Shown here: positions 38,811 to 47,373 of the stretch, piece after piece
Layout: the number at the start of each line of letters is the position of its first letter
Position numbering within the stretch: the stretch's first letter is position 1
Source of the DNA: a virus
Lineage: Duplodnaviria > Caudoviricetes
Reading direction: 5' to 3' (one strand)
IMG/VR virus record: IMGVR_UViG_3300032226_000085
Span: 1-60,933 of that record
DNA: 60,933 nucleotides
Translations under genes and position numbers: made by a program
The notes under the pieces: model-generated
Told to the model about the DNA's origin: nothing
The model's input: the letters and a program-made list of their open reading frames with translations, nothing else
The model's database searches: none

Positions 38811-39305
38811 TTAAACGACTACCCATCTGGAACCAGTAGCCACTGTTACCGTTATACCGTTTGCTACGGTAACCGTAGCCGCAGTCATACCATTATAGTT
38901 AGCTGGCACTGTCGTATTTACGGTAATAGTGTTTGATGTTAAATAAATTGCCGCTGTACCAGCCCCTCCATACACCGCTTGAGCTTCGTCTTCGTACGTC
39001 GATTTACTGGCAGGGTAGGTGACAAACACATCCTTAGTACCCGCCGAGAAAGTTGTCTTGGTAGGCGCACCAGCACTCGACGCCAACACCGTATCCCGAG
39101 ACAGCGTTGTACCAGACGAGGTGTACGTACCAATTCCAACTTCCCATTCAGCAGTACCTTGCCCTGCAATGGTGTAATACGTGGTATTGCCGTCACCGAC
39201 AGCCGCAAAAGTTTGAAACCCAGTCACCGCACCCGCAAGCGTGATGGTACCTTGCCCCGTGGTTGTGGTGGTCTCTCTTACGCGGTCTGCTAATACAAGT
39301 GCCAT
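38811..39305 (-). CDS. Tail structural protein
   Basis: MALVLADRVRETTTTTG...WEVGIGTY...FSAGTKDVFVTYPA. Confidence 0.7.
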   Translation of the reverse strand: MALVLADRVRETTTTTGQGTITLAGAVTGFQTFAAVGDGNTTYYTIAGQGTAEWEVGIGTYTSSGTTLSRDTVLASSAGAPTKTTFSAGTKDVFVTYPASKSTYEDEAQAVYGGAGTAAIYLTSNTITVNTTVPANYNGMTAATVTVANGITVTVATGSRWVVV

Positions 39306-39308
39306 TGT

Positions 39309-40205
39309 TTACACCGTAGTAATGTTAGTCCAACCGGGATTTACATCCGTATTAATAGCGCCCCATACGGTAGAGGTGTTACTGTTTATGTTGACCCAGT
39401 TTGCATCCTCATCGTTATAGATGGTAAACCAACCACGGACAACATTTGCATCAAGAACCGTAAACCCATCAGTAAACGAAGCGGCAAACTGCGCAGCCAT
39501 TACCCGCACATCATCTACTGTTACATCCTCTGATATTGTAAAAAATATAAGTACTGATGCTATTGATGTATCTGCAACGCCTACGTTCTCAACCGGGCTA
39601 TCAAAAAACGCAATACCAATTTCTATTACATCGTTCAGCGTAAAATTCTCAGCCAAGCTCGCAGCAAACCCTGCGGCTATTGTACGTACATCATCCGATG
39701 TAATGGGTTCAGCCCTGCTAACCACAAACTGCGCGGTAAACACCTGCAAGTCAGCTAACGTACTGTCTTCCGTTATGGACTGCAAAAACGTGGACACCTG
39801 AGTACTACTGTCTTCTAGCGTTAAGTTTTCTGTCTGACTTGCGGCAAACCCAGCTACCAACGCTCTTACATCGTCTAACGTACTGTCTTCCGCACGGCTT
39901 AATGTAAACCCCGCACTACCTACTAATACATCAGCCAGCGTCGAGTCTTCTGTAAGACTTTGCAAAAACGCTGAAGCCTGAGTACTACTATCACCTAACG
40001 TGCTGTTTTCTGCTAACGACTGCAAGAACGTCGAAAGCTGTGTACTGCTATCTGCCAACGTTGAGTCTTCTGCCAACGACTGCAAAAACGCGGATGTTAT
40101 TATTCGTACATCATTTACTGAACTATTCTCTACAACTGAATCCGCAAAAGACGCCCCCGCCGTTGAGGAGAAAGGCGCTTGCGAAAACGCTGTAATTCCA
40201 AACAT
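39309..40205 (-). CDS. Structural protein with about 12 tandem 20-aa repeats
   Basis: FLQSLAEDSTLADSSTQ-type units; 60-nt periodicity visible in the DNA. Confidence 0.7.
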   Translation of the reverse strand: MFGITAFSQAPFSSTAGASFADSVVENSSVNDVRIITSAFLQSLAEDSTLADSSTQLSTFLQSLAENSTLGDSSTQASAFLQSLTEDSTLADVLVGSAGFTLSRAEDSTLDDVRALVAGFAASQTENLTLEDSSTQVSTFLQSITEDSTLADLQVFTAQFVVSRAEPITSDDVRTIAAGFAASLAENFTLNDVIEIGIAFFDSPVENVGVADTSIASVLIFFTISEDVTVDDVRVMAAQFAASFTDGFTVLDANVVRGWFTIYNDEDANWVNINSNTSTVWGAINTDVNPGWTNITTV

Positions 40206-40810
40206 TACGAAGTAGCAGTTGTACTATAGGTCACGGCAACCGTGTCGCCAGCCGTCGTGGTCTTAGCAGTTGTAAAGTTACCAGCAGAGTACAGCGTACC
40301 TGCCGTGCTCGACAATGTAGATACCGCGCCAGTGCCAGTAGCCAAGAAGCAGCCAGCGACCGTGCCGCCCGCACCAGTGATGGTGTAAGTGATTGAAGCC
40401 GCCGCACAAGTAGTCACGTTCGTTGGGGTTGTACCTGTTGAACTAGCCGCAGTAAACACCGCCGTACCACGTACTGCCACAGCACTAACTGTGTAGTTGA
40501 TAAACTCGTTTGCAGTAGTGATCGACATCGTATCCGCAGCGGCGGCGGTATAACCCGACTTCAGCAACCCAAGAAACGGGCCAACTGTCGTATAGGTGCC
40601 AGATGTGCGCAGAAGTGTGTCGAACATCAACTGCTTGCCAACCGCCATGACCAGATTAGGGAACTCATCTTCCCACTTAATATTGCCATCCTTGTCACGG
40701 CACACAACGTGATAGCGGCCTTCTATGCCCACAGTTTCTGGGGCAATATCACCTTTGGCTTGCATTGTGGCTACGGCGTTATCTCCGAAGCTTCCAAATT
40801 CTTTTTGCAT
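40205..40810 (-). CDS. Virion structural protein
   Basis: GRYHVVCRDKDGNIKWEDEFPNLV...GTLYSAGNF...GDTVAVTY. Confidence 0.65.
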   Translation of the reverse strand: MQKEFGSFGDNAVATMQAKGDIAPETVGIEGRYHVVCRDKDGNIKWEDEFPNLVMAVGKQLMFDTLLRTSGTYTTVGPFLGLLKSGYTAAAADTMSITTANEFINYTVSAVAVRGTAVFTAASSTGTTPTNVTTCAAASITYTITGAGGTVAGCFLATGTGAVSTLSSTAGTLYSAGNFTTAKTTTAGDTVAVTYSTTATS

Positions 40811-40819
40811 AATAACCTC

Positions 40820-41257
40820 TTAAGGAAAACGAATTAGTGCCGTCGTTGCCGTATTCTCTGGCATAACAACGGTGTTGCTTACACTGCTAAAAATCTTATC
40901 TGAACCAAAATCTAATACAGCTACCGACTTATTACTCTGCGTGACGTTGTATATCAGCGCACCACGAGCGGTAAAGTTGGCCCCCGGCCACGATACGTTG
41001 GCAAAATCTACAAATACCGTTCCGGAATTTTCGCCTGTTGATTCCGTATTTATCGTAACGCCCGTCATTACAACACCACCCGCTGTATAGCCATTCCCAG
41101 TAGGCACCTCGTTAGTCGCTGTGTACACCGTGGTCAGGGGGCCGATGTCAGAAAACGCCGTATACAGCGCCATGTAAAGCGTGTCGGTTGCCAAGTTCTG
41201 CCCCGCTTGAAGCATCTCTTGCTTAAAGCTGTTGGTCAGTCCCTGTTGGATACTCAT
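40820..41257 (-). CDS. Virion structural protein
   Basis: SFKQEML, MALYT, NEV..GNGYTAGG, ARGALIYN, VLDFGSDK. Confidence 0.7.
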   Translation of the reverse strand: MSIQQGLTNSFKQEMLQAGQNLATDTLYMALYTAFSDIGPLTTVYTATNEVPTGNGYTAGGVVMTGVTINTESTGENSGTVFVDFANVSWPGANFTARGALIYNVTQSNKSVAVLDFGSDKIFSSVSNTVVMPENTATTALIRFP

Positions 41258-42216
41258 GGTCCGACCTTCGAAATTCTATATTGGCCGTCTCTGTACGCAT
41301 CGCCACGCTCCAGACCACTGCCCAGACGATTCAGTTGCCCCATAGCCTCGTCATACTTGGCTTTGTAAACAGCCATCAAATCGGCCTCACCCTTCAAGAA
41401 TATATAGGCTTCCAGCATCGTGCCATACAGCAGCACGGGGTCGTAATTATCGCCCAGCCATGTACGTCCATTCTCATTTCCTACTGCTGCAACAGGAATA
41501 CTAAAGCCAGACCCGCCCACTACACTGGCAGACAGTACATCTCCAACAACATAGGACGCCCCACCGTTGGTAAGTGCTACAGAAGTTACACCGCCTCCAG
41601 AAACCACAATAGTTGCGGTTGCTCCAGTACCTGACCCGCCAGTAAGCGTTACATTGTAGTACGTGCCATTTGTGTACCCAGAGCCTGCCGTAACAGTCCC
41701 AAATGTTGCCACTGGTCTTTCAATAATTGACTCAGGGTAATAGTAGTAGTGCAACTCAACGTCATACGCAGCGTCTGGTGTAGGCCCAAGAATAAAACTC
41801 AACTCATCTGTAACAACGCCTGACGCAACGGTCGGACCAAACAAAGCATAGTACCGGGGGATGCCTGTCTCAGTAGGGATGGGGTACGCTGCACGGATAA
41901 AATTTACATCTTTGTTTAGTAAGTACTCATACGCGCCCGTACCGTCAATAACCGCCATTGAAAAGACTGACAGAAAGTCCGTTGGGCACGACAAATACTT
42001 ATTGCTTGTTGAAGTTACGCCTGTGACGTTTTTGCGCAGCGGTGGAATCTGCACCGAGTTATAGATGCGCTCTTCGGCTTGCGTAATAAACGTATTGATC
42101 TGCTCAGTGCCGGTAGACGTAGTCGTGCTTGTACCTGCTACGTTCGTCCACGTGTTCGACGGGAAGTCGTTTTGCAGGTAGTTCTTAACGGCAAAGAACA
42201 GTTCGGTGTACGTCAT
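41254..42216 (-). CDS. Head-tail adaptor / tail tubular A-like protein
   Basis: FITQAEERIY, G.PRYYA, GPTPD..Y.VELHYYY, LLYGTMLEAY.FLK; start at MTYTEL. Confidence 0.7.
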   Translation of the reverse strand: MTYTELFFAVKNYLQNDFPSNTWTNVAGTSTTTSTGTEQINTFITQAEERIYNSVQIPPLRKNVTGVTSTSNKYLSCPTDFLSVFSMAVIDGTGAYEYLLNKDVNFIRAAYPIPTETGIPRYYALFGPTVASGVVTDELSFILGPTPDAAYDVELHYYYYPESIIERPVATFGTVTAGSGYTNGTYYNVTLTGGSGTGATATIVVSGGGVTSVALTNGGASYVVGDVLSASVVGGSGFSIPVAAVGNENGRTWLGDNYDPVLLYGTMLEAYIFLKGEADLMAVYKAKYDEAMGQLNRLGSGLERGDAYRDGQYRISKVGP

Positions 42217-42218
42217 GC

Positions 42219-42494
42219 TTAGGCCATCGGTCCACGGCACTTAGTGCCTTTGGTTGCAGCACCTGCACCACGCATGGTGATCTCGCCGTTCTTGTTAATC
42301 TGAGTAGACGCTGGGTCGCCTGCGCTTACACGCATGTTACCGAAGGTGCCGGGGGTCATGTCTTTAGCGGCGCGAGTATTAGGGTCTTGCACTTTGGTTT
42401 TAACCATAGGACCTCCAGACATGCTGTGTGGTTCGGCGTAGACATCGGCTTGGCCGACTTCTTTACCCATTACTTTTTTAGAGAACTTGGCCAT
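42219..42494 (-). CDS. Small basic virion-associated protein
   Basis: C-terminal MRGAGAATKGTKCRGPMA. Confidence 0.7.
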   Translation of the reverse strand: MAKFSKKVMGKEVGQADVYAEPHSMSGGPMVKTKVQDPNTRAAKDMTPGTFGNMRVSAGDPASTQINKNGEITMRGAGAATKGTKCRGPMA

Positions 42495-42496
42495 GA

Positions 42497-42679
42497 TTAA
42501 CCCGATTTCTGATTAGCCACACGTGCCAGATTGCGGCCCATGCTCTTCATCTGATCGGTAGTCACACCGCCCTTGGCCATCTTCTTGGCACCATGCATAC
42601 GCTTCTCGTGGCCTTTGACTGCCTTCTTGGCAATCTTTTCCATGAGCGGCTTGTCTTTCTTACTATCATCATGTTTCAT
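42497..42679 (-). CDS. Small basic protein (60 aa)
   Basis: HEKRMH, KKMAKGG; RBS AGGAG. Confidence 0.7.
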   Translation of the reverse strand: MKHDDSKKDKPLMEKIAKKAVKGHEKRMHGAKKMAKGGVTTDQMKSMGRNLARVANQKSG

Positions 42680-42688
42680 GTCTTACTC

Positions 42689-43111
42689 CTAAGTAATCGT
42701 TACTGTACCCACAACTCCGGCAGATACCAAGTAGTTTGGTGTCAGCCCCGCATCATTAGCACTAGAGCCACCCACTGGCCTCCAGCCCCACTGAAACACC
42801 CGACTACCACCAGACGGGTCGCCATCTGATTCTTGTGACGAACTTGGTACGTTAGTTATCTGTAACCCAGTGTAACCCGCTTGGTAGTAACTTATATCAG
42901 GCCGCGGATCACGCAGACCCTGCGGATCGTCCACTGGGTACATACCCAACTGCAACTGCGGATGATCCGGGTCCCAACACGTGGGGCACACCAGCAGGTT
43001 ATACGTCTTGGTCTTTAAAACCTGCTTCTTTAACTGCTTGAGCTTAAACCGCTGACCGCAGCGATCACACTCCGCAATCGCATGTTTACCCGAGGCAAAC
43101 CTATTACCCAC
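42689..43111 (-). CDS. Zinc-finger-containing morphogenesis-region protein
   Basis: AECDRCG...VCPTCWDPDHPQL...DPQGLRDPRPD. Confidence 0.7.
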   Translation of the reverse strand: MGNRFASGKHAIAECDRCGQRFKLKQLKKQVLKTKTYNLLVCPTCWDPDHPQLQLGMYPVDDPQGLRDPRPDISYYQAGYTGLQITNVPSSSQESDGDPSGGSRVFQWGWRPVGGSSANDAGLTPNYLVSAGVVGTVTIT

Positions 43112-43113
43112 AA

Positions 43114-44061
43114 TCAGCCACCACCAATAAAGTACTGCCTTGGTACAAAACGCACTGCCGCCCGATCTTGGTCTTCGTTGGCTGCGTTATTCCATGCCTC
43201 ATCGTACTGGGCTTTAAGAATATCTAACCGCGGCAAACCTTCCGGCACTTTCAACGCAATGTAGTACGCCAGCCCTGCGGCCAAGCAGGGGACAAATCGA
43301 AACGGCACATCCATGGTCTTAGTGCCGCCGGTACCTGCATCCTGAATACGGCGCATACGCCAGTAAACGAACTGATAAGTATACGCGCTGTCTGGGGTTG
43401 GCCAGACGGTAATGCTCTGTTTTTGCACAACATATATTGCTGCGCTTATCAAGTGCGCTGCTGCCGTTGTGTCGCCCTGTCCGCGTGTGCAGTTAAGCAA
43501 GTACGCTGGGTTGCCGTTTTCCGCAGGCTGGGTCTGATTAAACCCGATCAACTCTGTACCAATTCGAATAAAACCCGCAGTTGGAACGCCCGCCAGCGAA
43601 GTCACAGGAATGGTTGTAGCTGTTGCCGAGATACCTGCTTGCAACGTACCTACGAGTAAAGACTCACTGCCCGACAAACGTTGCACCCAGACTTGAATTG
43701 GACGACCTTGGGTCAGCTTGTTAGGAATGGTAGCGTATGTTGATACCGAAATGCGTGTAATTGTCAGGTCGGCTTGGTTACTTGGTTGATTGGCGTTAGT
43801 CCGAATAACATGGTCCAGTAAATCAACAGTATCGTCAGGAAGTGCATAAGTCGGTTGCCCCTGTGCCAAAGTAATGGTGTTCTGCTCAAACGTCCACATG
43901 TTCACGCCACGGTTTGCCCAATCGGCAAAAAGGAGGTTCAAAGACCTCCGGGCTGTGCGCAGATCATAACCAGTACGCAACTGACTCCCGGCGCGTTCAA
44001 ACGCCTCCTCAACCATTTCGTTGAGGTCAAGGTTAAAGCTGGCTGTACCGGATGTGGTCAT
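43114..44061 (-). CDS. Head-tail connector / tail protein
   Basis: VEEAFERAG, ARRSLNLLFADWANRG, TVWPTPD, PFRFVPCLAAGLAYY. Confidence 0.7.
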   Translation of the reverse strand: MTTSGTASFNLDLNEMVEEAFERAGSQLRTGYDLRTARRSLNLLFADWANRGVNMWTFEQNTITLAQGQPTYALPDDTVDLLDHVIRTNANQPSNQADLTITRISVSTYATIPNKLTQGRPIQVWVQRLSGSESLLVGTLQAGISATATTIPVTSLAGVPTAGFIRIGTELIGFNQTQPAENGNPAYLLNCTRGQGDTTAAAHLISAAIYVVQKQSITVWPTPDSAYTYQFVYWRMRRIQDAGTGGTKTMDVPFRFVPCLAAGLAYYIALKVPEGLPRLDILKAQYDEAWNNAANEDQDRAAVRFVPRQYFIGGG

Positions 44062-44364
44062 TTAAGCTCTCGTTTTTCCGCGAATTGCGCAGCCATCTGC
44101 ACGTGCAGATGCTGATTTAATTGCCCCGCCTGCTTTTTTACCCGACGCTTTCCGTCTGGCTTCTGCGCGCTCTCTAAAGCCCTTCATATCAGCTTCCATA
44201 TCTTCAAACCCCGGTGTTGAAGCATCCCGAAAATTTTTAATATTTTGATCCGCAGCAGCTTGCCTTTGGTTAAATTCCGCTTGAGAAAGTTCTTCATTGT
44301 TGTGCATGTACCTACCATCCACAACGCGAAAATCATTTACTCTTGGAAGTGCTTTATCGGCCAT
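44062..44364 (-). CDS. Small protein with KAGG...SASARADGCAIRGKTRA tail
   Basis: ORF track; shared C-terminal motif. Confidence 0.65.
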   Translation of the reverse strand: MADKALPRVNDFRVVDGRYMHNNEELSQAEFNQRQAAADQNIKNFRDASTPGFEDMEADMKGFRERAEARRKASGKKAGGAIKSASARADGCAIRGKTRA

Positions 44365-44702
44365 TATCTATACCCCGCTGTTTTCTTAGCTATGCCCTTG
44401 GGCTGTTTAACAAACTGCTTGCCTGCTGCTTTCCCTGCCCGCTTTGCCTTCGTCGTGGCGGCATACTCGGCGGGGCTTAGTGCCTTGATTGCCTTTTCCG
44501 GGAGGTAACGCTCCCCGGTCTTTGACGACGGCTTTCCGCTTTTGGTCGTCCATTTCTGGTCACCCCAGTTTTTCAGCGACTGCTGTGGCGAAGCTAAACC
44601 ACCCCCCGCCATCTTCTTCTTACCCGCACAATGCGCCTTCTGCGAAAAACCTTTTGGGTTAGCGCAATCAATCGACGACTTGTACTTTTTAGACCATGTC
44701 AC
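44364..44702 (-). CDS. Basic protein, DUF5872-like C-terminal half
   Basis: QQSLKNWGDQKWTTKSG...GERYLPEKAIKALS. Confidence 0.65.
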   Translation of the reverse strand: MTWSKKYKSSIDCANPKGFSQKAHCAGKKKMAGGGLASPQQSLKNWGDQKWTTKSGKPSSKTGERYLPEKAIKALSPAEYAATTKAKRAGKAAGKQFVKQPKGIAKKTAGYR

Positions 44703-44983
44703 TTGTAACCGCCGCCCTTGGCTTTATAGTTCTTTGCAAGCAACTGAGCCTTACGGGCAGACCACTGACCCGCACCTGTACCCTGAACTGCGCGAGCCTT
44801 GATGCTTTCAAACATAGACTTACGCATTCCGGGCTTGGTGTAATTACCAGCGGCGTTTACCCCAGACTTTGTTTTGCCACCTTCTTTGTACTGCGTAAAG
44901 TCGGTGTCATCCCGACGGGCTTTCTTCTTCCCGCCGGGCATTTTGGATGGGTTAATATCGCCCATACCGCGTGAGGCTCTCAT
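44699..44983 (-). CDS. Basic protein, DUF5872-like N-terminal half
   Basis: NYTKPGMRK...GQWSARKAQLLAKNYKAKGGGY. Confidence 0.65.
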   Translation of the reverse strand: MRASRGMGDINPSKMPGGKKKARRDDTDFTQYKEGGKTKSGVNAAGNYTKPGMRKSMFESIKARAVQGTGAGQWSARKAQLLAKNYKAKGGGYK

Positions 44984-45399
44984 CAGCAGGTACGCCCGCC
45001 AGACTTCATCATCTTGCCTTTGGTTTTGCCTTTAACAGCAATGCCATCAGCGCGTGACGAAGCGGAACCACCATTTGCCATCTTCTTCGTAGCCATGCCA
45101 CCTTTTTTCATCTTGCCTTGACCATCAGCAGCGAACGAAGGGACTTTTTTACCGTCTTTCATAACCATAGGCATACCGCCATCAGCGTAACCACCCATAG
45201 CCATCTTCTTAGCTGGTTTGTCGGTTGATTTTTTCTTCATCATTGCCATAAAACCTGCATTCATCTTCGTTGCCATACCACCCCCTGATTTAGTGAACTC
45301 TTTACCCACGGATTGTGGAACTCCTGCTGCCTTAGCAAACTTGGGGTTATGAGCCACAGCTTGCATGAATTTTTCCTGCTTTTTTGATACTGTTGGCAT
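44983..45399 (-). CDS. Lys/Met/Gly-rich basic protein with repeated xGG motifs
   Basis: MAMGG, YADGG, MKKGG, MANGG, MKSGG. Confidence 0.7.
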   Translation of the reverse strand: MPTVSKKQEKFMQAVAHNPKFAKAAGVPQSVGKEFTKSGGGMATKMNAGFMAMMKKKSTDKPAKKMAMGGYADGGMPMVMKDGKKVPSFAADGQGKMKKGGMATKKMANGGSASSRADGIAVKGKTKGKMMKSGGRTC

Positions 45400-45641
45400 T
45401 AATTTACTTTGCCACCAAGAAAACCAAGAACTGCACCAACAACGCCACCAGCAAAACTACCAATTGCAATAAGCATCTTCCAACCCCCTTCAGCGGAGGC
45501 CAGCTTTTTACTGATATCTTCCAATGATTTACGGATGGCCGCAACGTCTTCACGCATAGCATCCATATCATCTTGCAAATGTTTTATATCGCTGGCGTGT
45601 GTTGCAAGTTCACGCGCTGTTTCAATTTCTGGACTCAACAT
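45399..45641 (-). CDS. Coiled-coil plus C-terminal TM small protein
   Basis: Heptad pattern then GGWKMLIAIGSFAGGVVGAVLGFL; start ATG 45641 or GTG 45647. Confidence 0.6.
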   Translation of the reverse strand: MLSPEIETARELATHASDIKHLQDDMDAMREDVAAIRKSLEDISKKLASAEGGWKMLIAIGSFAGGVVGAVLGFLGGKVN

Positions 45642-45889
45642 TTCCACGCCCTCAAACTTTTGTTAATCCGGCTGTTCGGGTCGTTCGCCGTCTTTGCGGA
45701 AGTGAGTTTCTTTTTCATCCCTTCCATTCTCGAACAGAAAGATTTTTTCCTTGCGCCGCCTTCCGGCTGGGGGGCTTTCAACCCCGGCTTCCCCGGATTC
45801 GCTGCGTTGTAGGAGGCGCGCCCTTTGGCGTTTAGACCACCCTTGGGATTCTTGCCCTCTTTCCTTGTCCATGCTGCGGTCTTAGCCAT
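45635..45889 (-). CDS. Small basic protein, DUF6321-like
   Basis: AWTRKEGKNPKGGLNAKGRASY...RKKSFCSRM...DPNSRINKSLRAWKC. Confidence 0.7.
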   Translation of the reverse strand: MAKTAAWTRKEGKNPKGGLNAKGRASYNAANPGKPGLKAPQPEGGARKKSFCSRMEGMKKKLTSAKTANDPNSRINKSLRAWKC

Positions 45890-46166
45890 AATAAACCGTC
45901 AAATGAGCGTTAGCTGGCATTGATACGTACACACCAATATCAAACTTAATTCCCTCGCCGGGAATGGCTAACGAATCAAGTGCTTGGTTTGTAGAGATAT
46001 TAAATACTAGGCGCTTTGGGCCACTAGCAGCACTAGCGTTGTCATAAAACTCAACTTCTCCAGCCGTACCGCCCGGTGCTATTGAAAAACCTTTTACTCT
46101 AGTTGGGCCAGCAAAAACAACACCACTAGCATCCAAATGCGTCATCTTTACGTCTGTTTGCATCAT
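45882..46166 (-). CDS. Small beta-rich structural protein
   Basis: RVKGF...IPGEGIKF..GVYV...TVYYG; RBS GAGGAG. Confidence 0.65.
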   Translation of the reverse strand: MMQTDVKMTHLDASGVVFAGPTRVKGFSIAPGGTAGEVEFYDNASAASGPKRLVFNISTNQALDSLAIPGEGIKFDIGVYVSMPANAHLTVYYG

Positions 46167-46183
46167 AATAATCTCCTCGTTTT

Positions 46184-46202
46184 AAAGGGGGCCGAAGCCC
46201 CC
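46184..46202 (-). terminator. cUUCGg hairpin, weak terminator
   Basis: GGGGGC-TTCG-GCCCCC-TTT on - strand. Confidence 0.6.
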
Positions 46203-46209
46203 CAGATTA

Positions 46210-46713
46210 TTAGTTTTGCGTAGACGTTGGGTTAGCAGCGCCGTCGGAATTACGAACGATGTACTCAACAGTAACTGTAATCGTACCGGCGGTAGCGTCA
46301 GCAGTAGCTGCTGTAAATGTACCAAAAATAATGGCGTCAGTTGTACCGATGTTGTCGTAAACGCCTGAAGTAGCCGCTGCGATGGTAGCTGGGGAAGTCT
46401 GAACAGCCGAAGTACCAGTGTTGACCGAAGCCATGTACAGGTTGGCAGTGCCGCTGCTACCAATGGTAACGCCGCAGTTAGTCGCGCCGGTCAAGGCAAC
46501 ATTAACTTCAAGGCCAAAACGGACGATCTTAGCGCCAGCAGGGAGCACAAACATTTGCTGTGCCGCAGGAGTTGCCAGAATGACAGAAGTAGGAGCCGTG
46601 TAGGTCTGGGCAACGATAGTTGCGCCCATGTTACGGATGGTACCGGCAGTAGTGCCAGTGGTGTTCTTAACGGTGCCCAAGAGCCAAGGGCCAAGGTGAG
46701 TAGCGAAACCCAT
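46210..46713 (-). CDS. Capsid decoration / minor head protein (putative)
   Basis: MGFATHLGP N-terminus, T/A/G-rich beta protein, LPAGAKI. Confidence 0.6.
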   Translation of the reverse strand: MGFATHLGPWLLGTVKNTTGTTAGTIRNMGATIVAQTYTAPTSVILATPAAQQMFVLPAGAKIVRFGLEVNVALTGATNCGVTIGSSGTANLYMASVNTGTSAVQTSPATIAAATSGVYDNIGTTDAIIFGTFTAATADATAGTITVTVEYIVRNSDGAANPTSTQN

Positions 46714-46721
46714 GATAAATT

Positions 46722-46797
46722 GTCCTCACATGCGAGTTAAGTACGCCAATTTGCATGTAACTAGCCGGGGCTATTTGGCATACCGGTGTTCCCGGGG
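46722..46797 (-). ncRNA. Pseudoknotted 5'-UTR RNA, candidate Mu-gpT-DE-like motif
   Basis: Three crossing stems CCGGG/CCCGG, GTATGCCAA/TTGGCGTAC, TTACATGC/GCATGTGA; lies downstream of a gpT-like capsid gene. Confidence 0.6.
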
Positions 46798-46804
46798 TAG
46801 TAGT

Positions 46805-46832
46805 GTTATAGCACACGCACAGAATAATGCAA
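46805..46832 (-). promoter_or_regulatory. Putative sigma70 promoter
   Basis: TTGCAT-16 nt-TATAAC with extended -10 TG on - strand. Confidence 0.5.
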
Positions 46833-46923
46833 ACTTTTTTGTGCGTTGGGAGGCAAAATCGCAAGCAATGTAGAACTTTTTGGGCGTAATCAGGTAGAAA
46901 TATGGGTGCGGTACAACCACGCT

Positions 46924-47373
46924 ATGCCGACCAAAGACCCCGAGAAGAAAAAAGAAATTGCCAAACGGCACTATGAGAAACATGCCGAAAAAATTAAGGA
47001 AAAAACGAAGAAAACTAAAGAAAAGGGTCGCCAGAAATGGCGTGACTTTAAGGCCACCCTATCGTGTGTACAGTGTGGAGAAAACCACCCCGCCACCTTT
47101 GATTTTCATCACGTTGTACGACTGCCAGACAACAAGAAAGTTAACAAGCTATTAACTAACAACAACTACAAAGCCGCACGTAAAGAAATCCAAGAACGCT
47201 GCATTGTGCTTTGCGCAAATTGCCACAGAAAATTACACGACGCGGAACACTTACAGAAAAAGAAAAAGAGGGCCGAAGCCCTCTCAGATTACCAAGCTGC
47301 TGCGTCGTCTTCTTCGTCGTCTTCCGACTCATCGTACTCAACCCAGTCGTCGGACTCATCATCGAACCAGTAG
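46924..47373 (+). CDS. HNH endonuclease, antisense to the late operon
   Basis: CVQCGENHPATFDFHH...EIQERCIVLCANCHRKLH; likely start ATG 46924. Confidence 0.8.
   Translation: MPTKDPEKKKEIAKRHYEKHAEKIKEKTKKTKEKGRQKWRDFKATLSCVQCGENHPATFDFHHVVRLPDNKKVNKLLTNNNYKAARKEIQERCIVLCANCHRKLHDAEHLQKKKKRAEALSDYQAAASSSSSSSDSSYSTQSSDSSSNQ
47257..47284 (-). terminator. Rho-independent terminator (cUUCGg)
   Basis: AGAGGGC-TTCG-GCCCTCT-TTTTCTTTTT on - strand. Confidence 0.8.
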
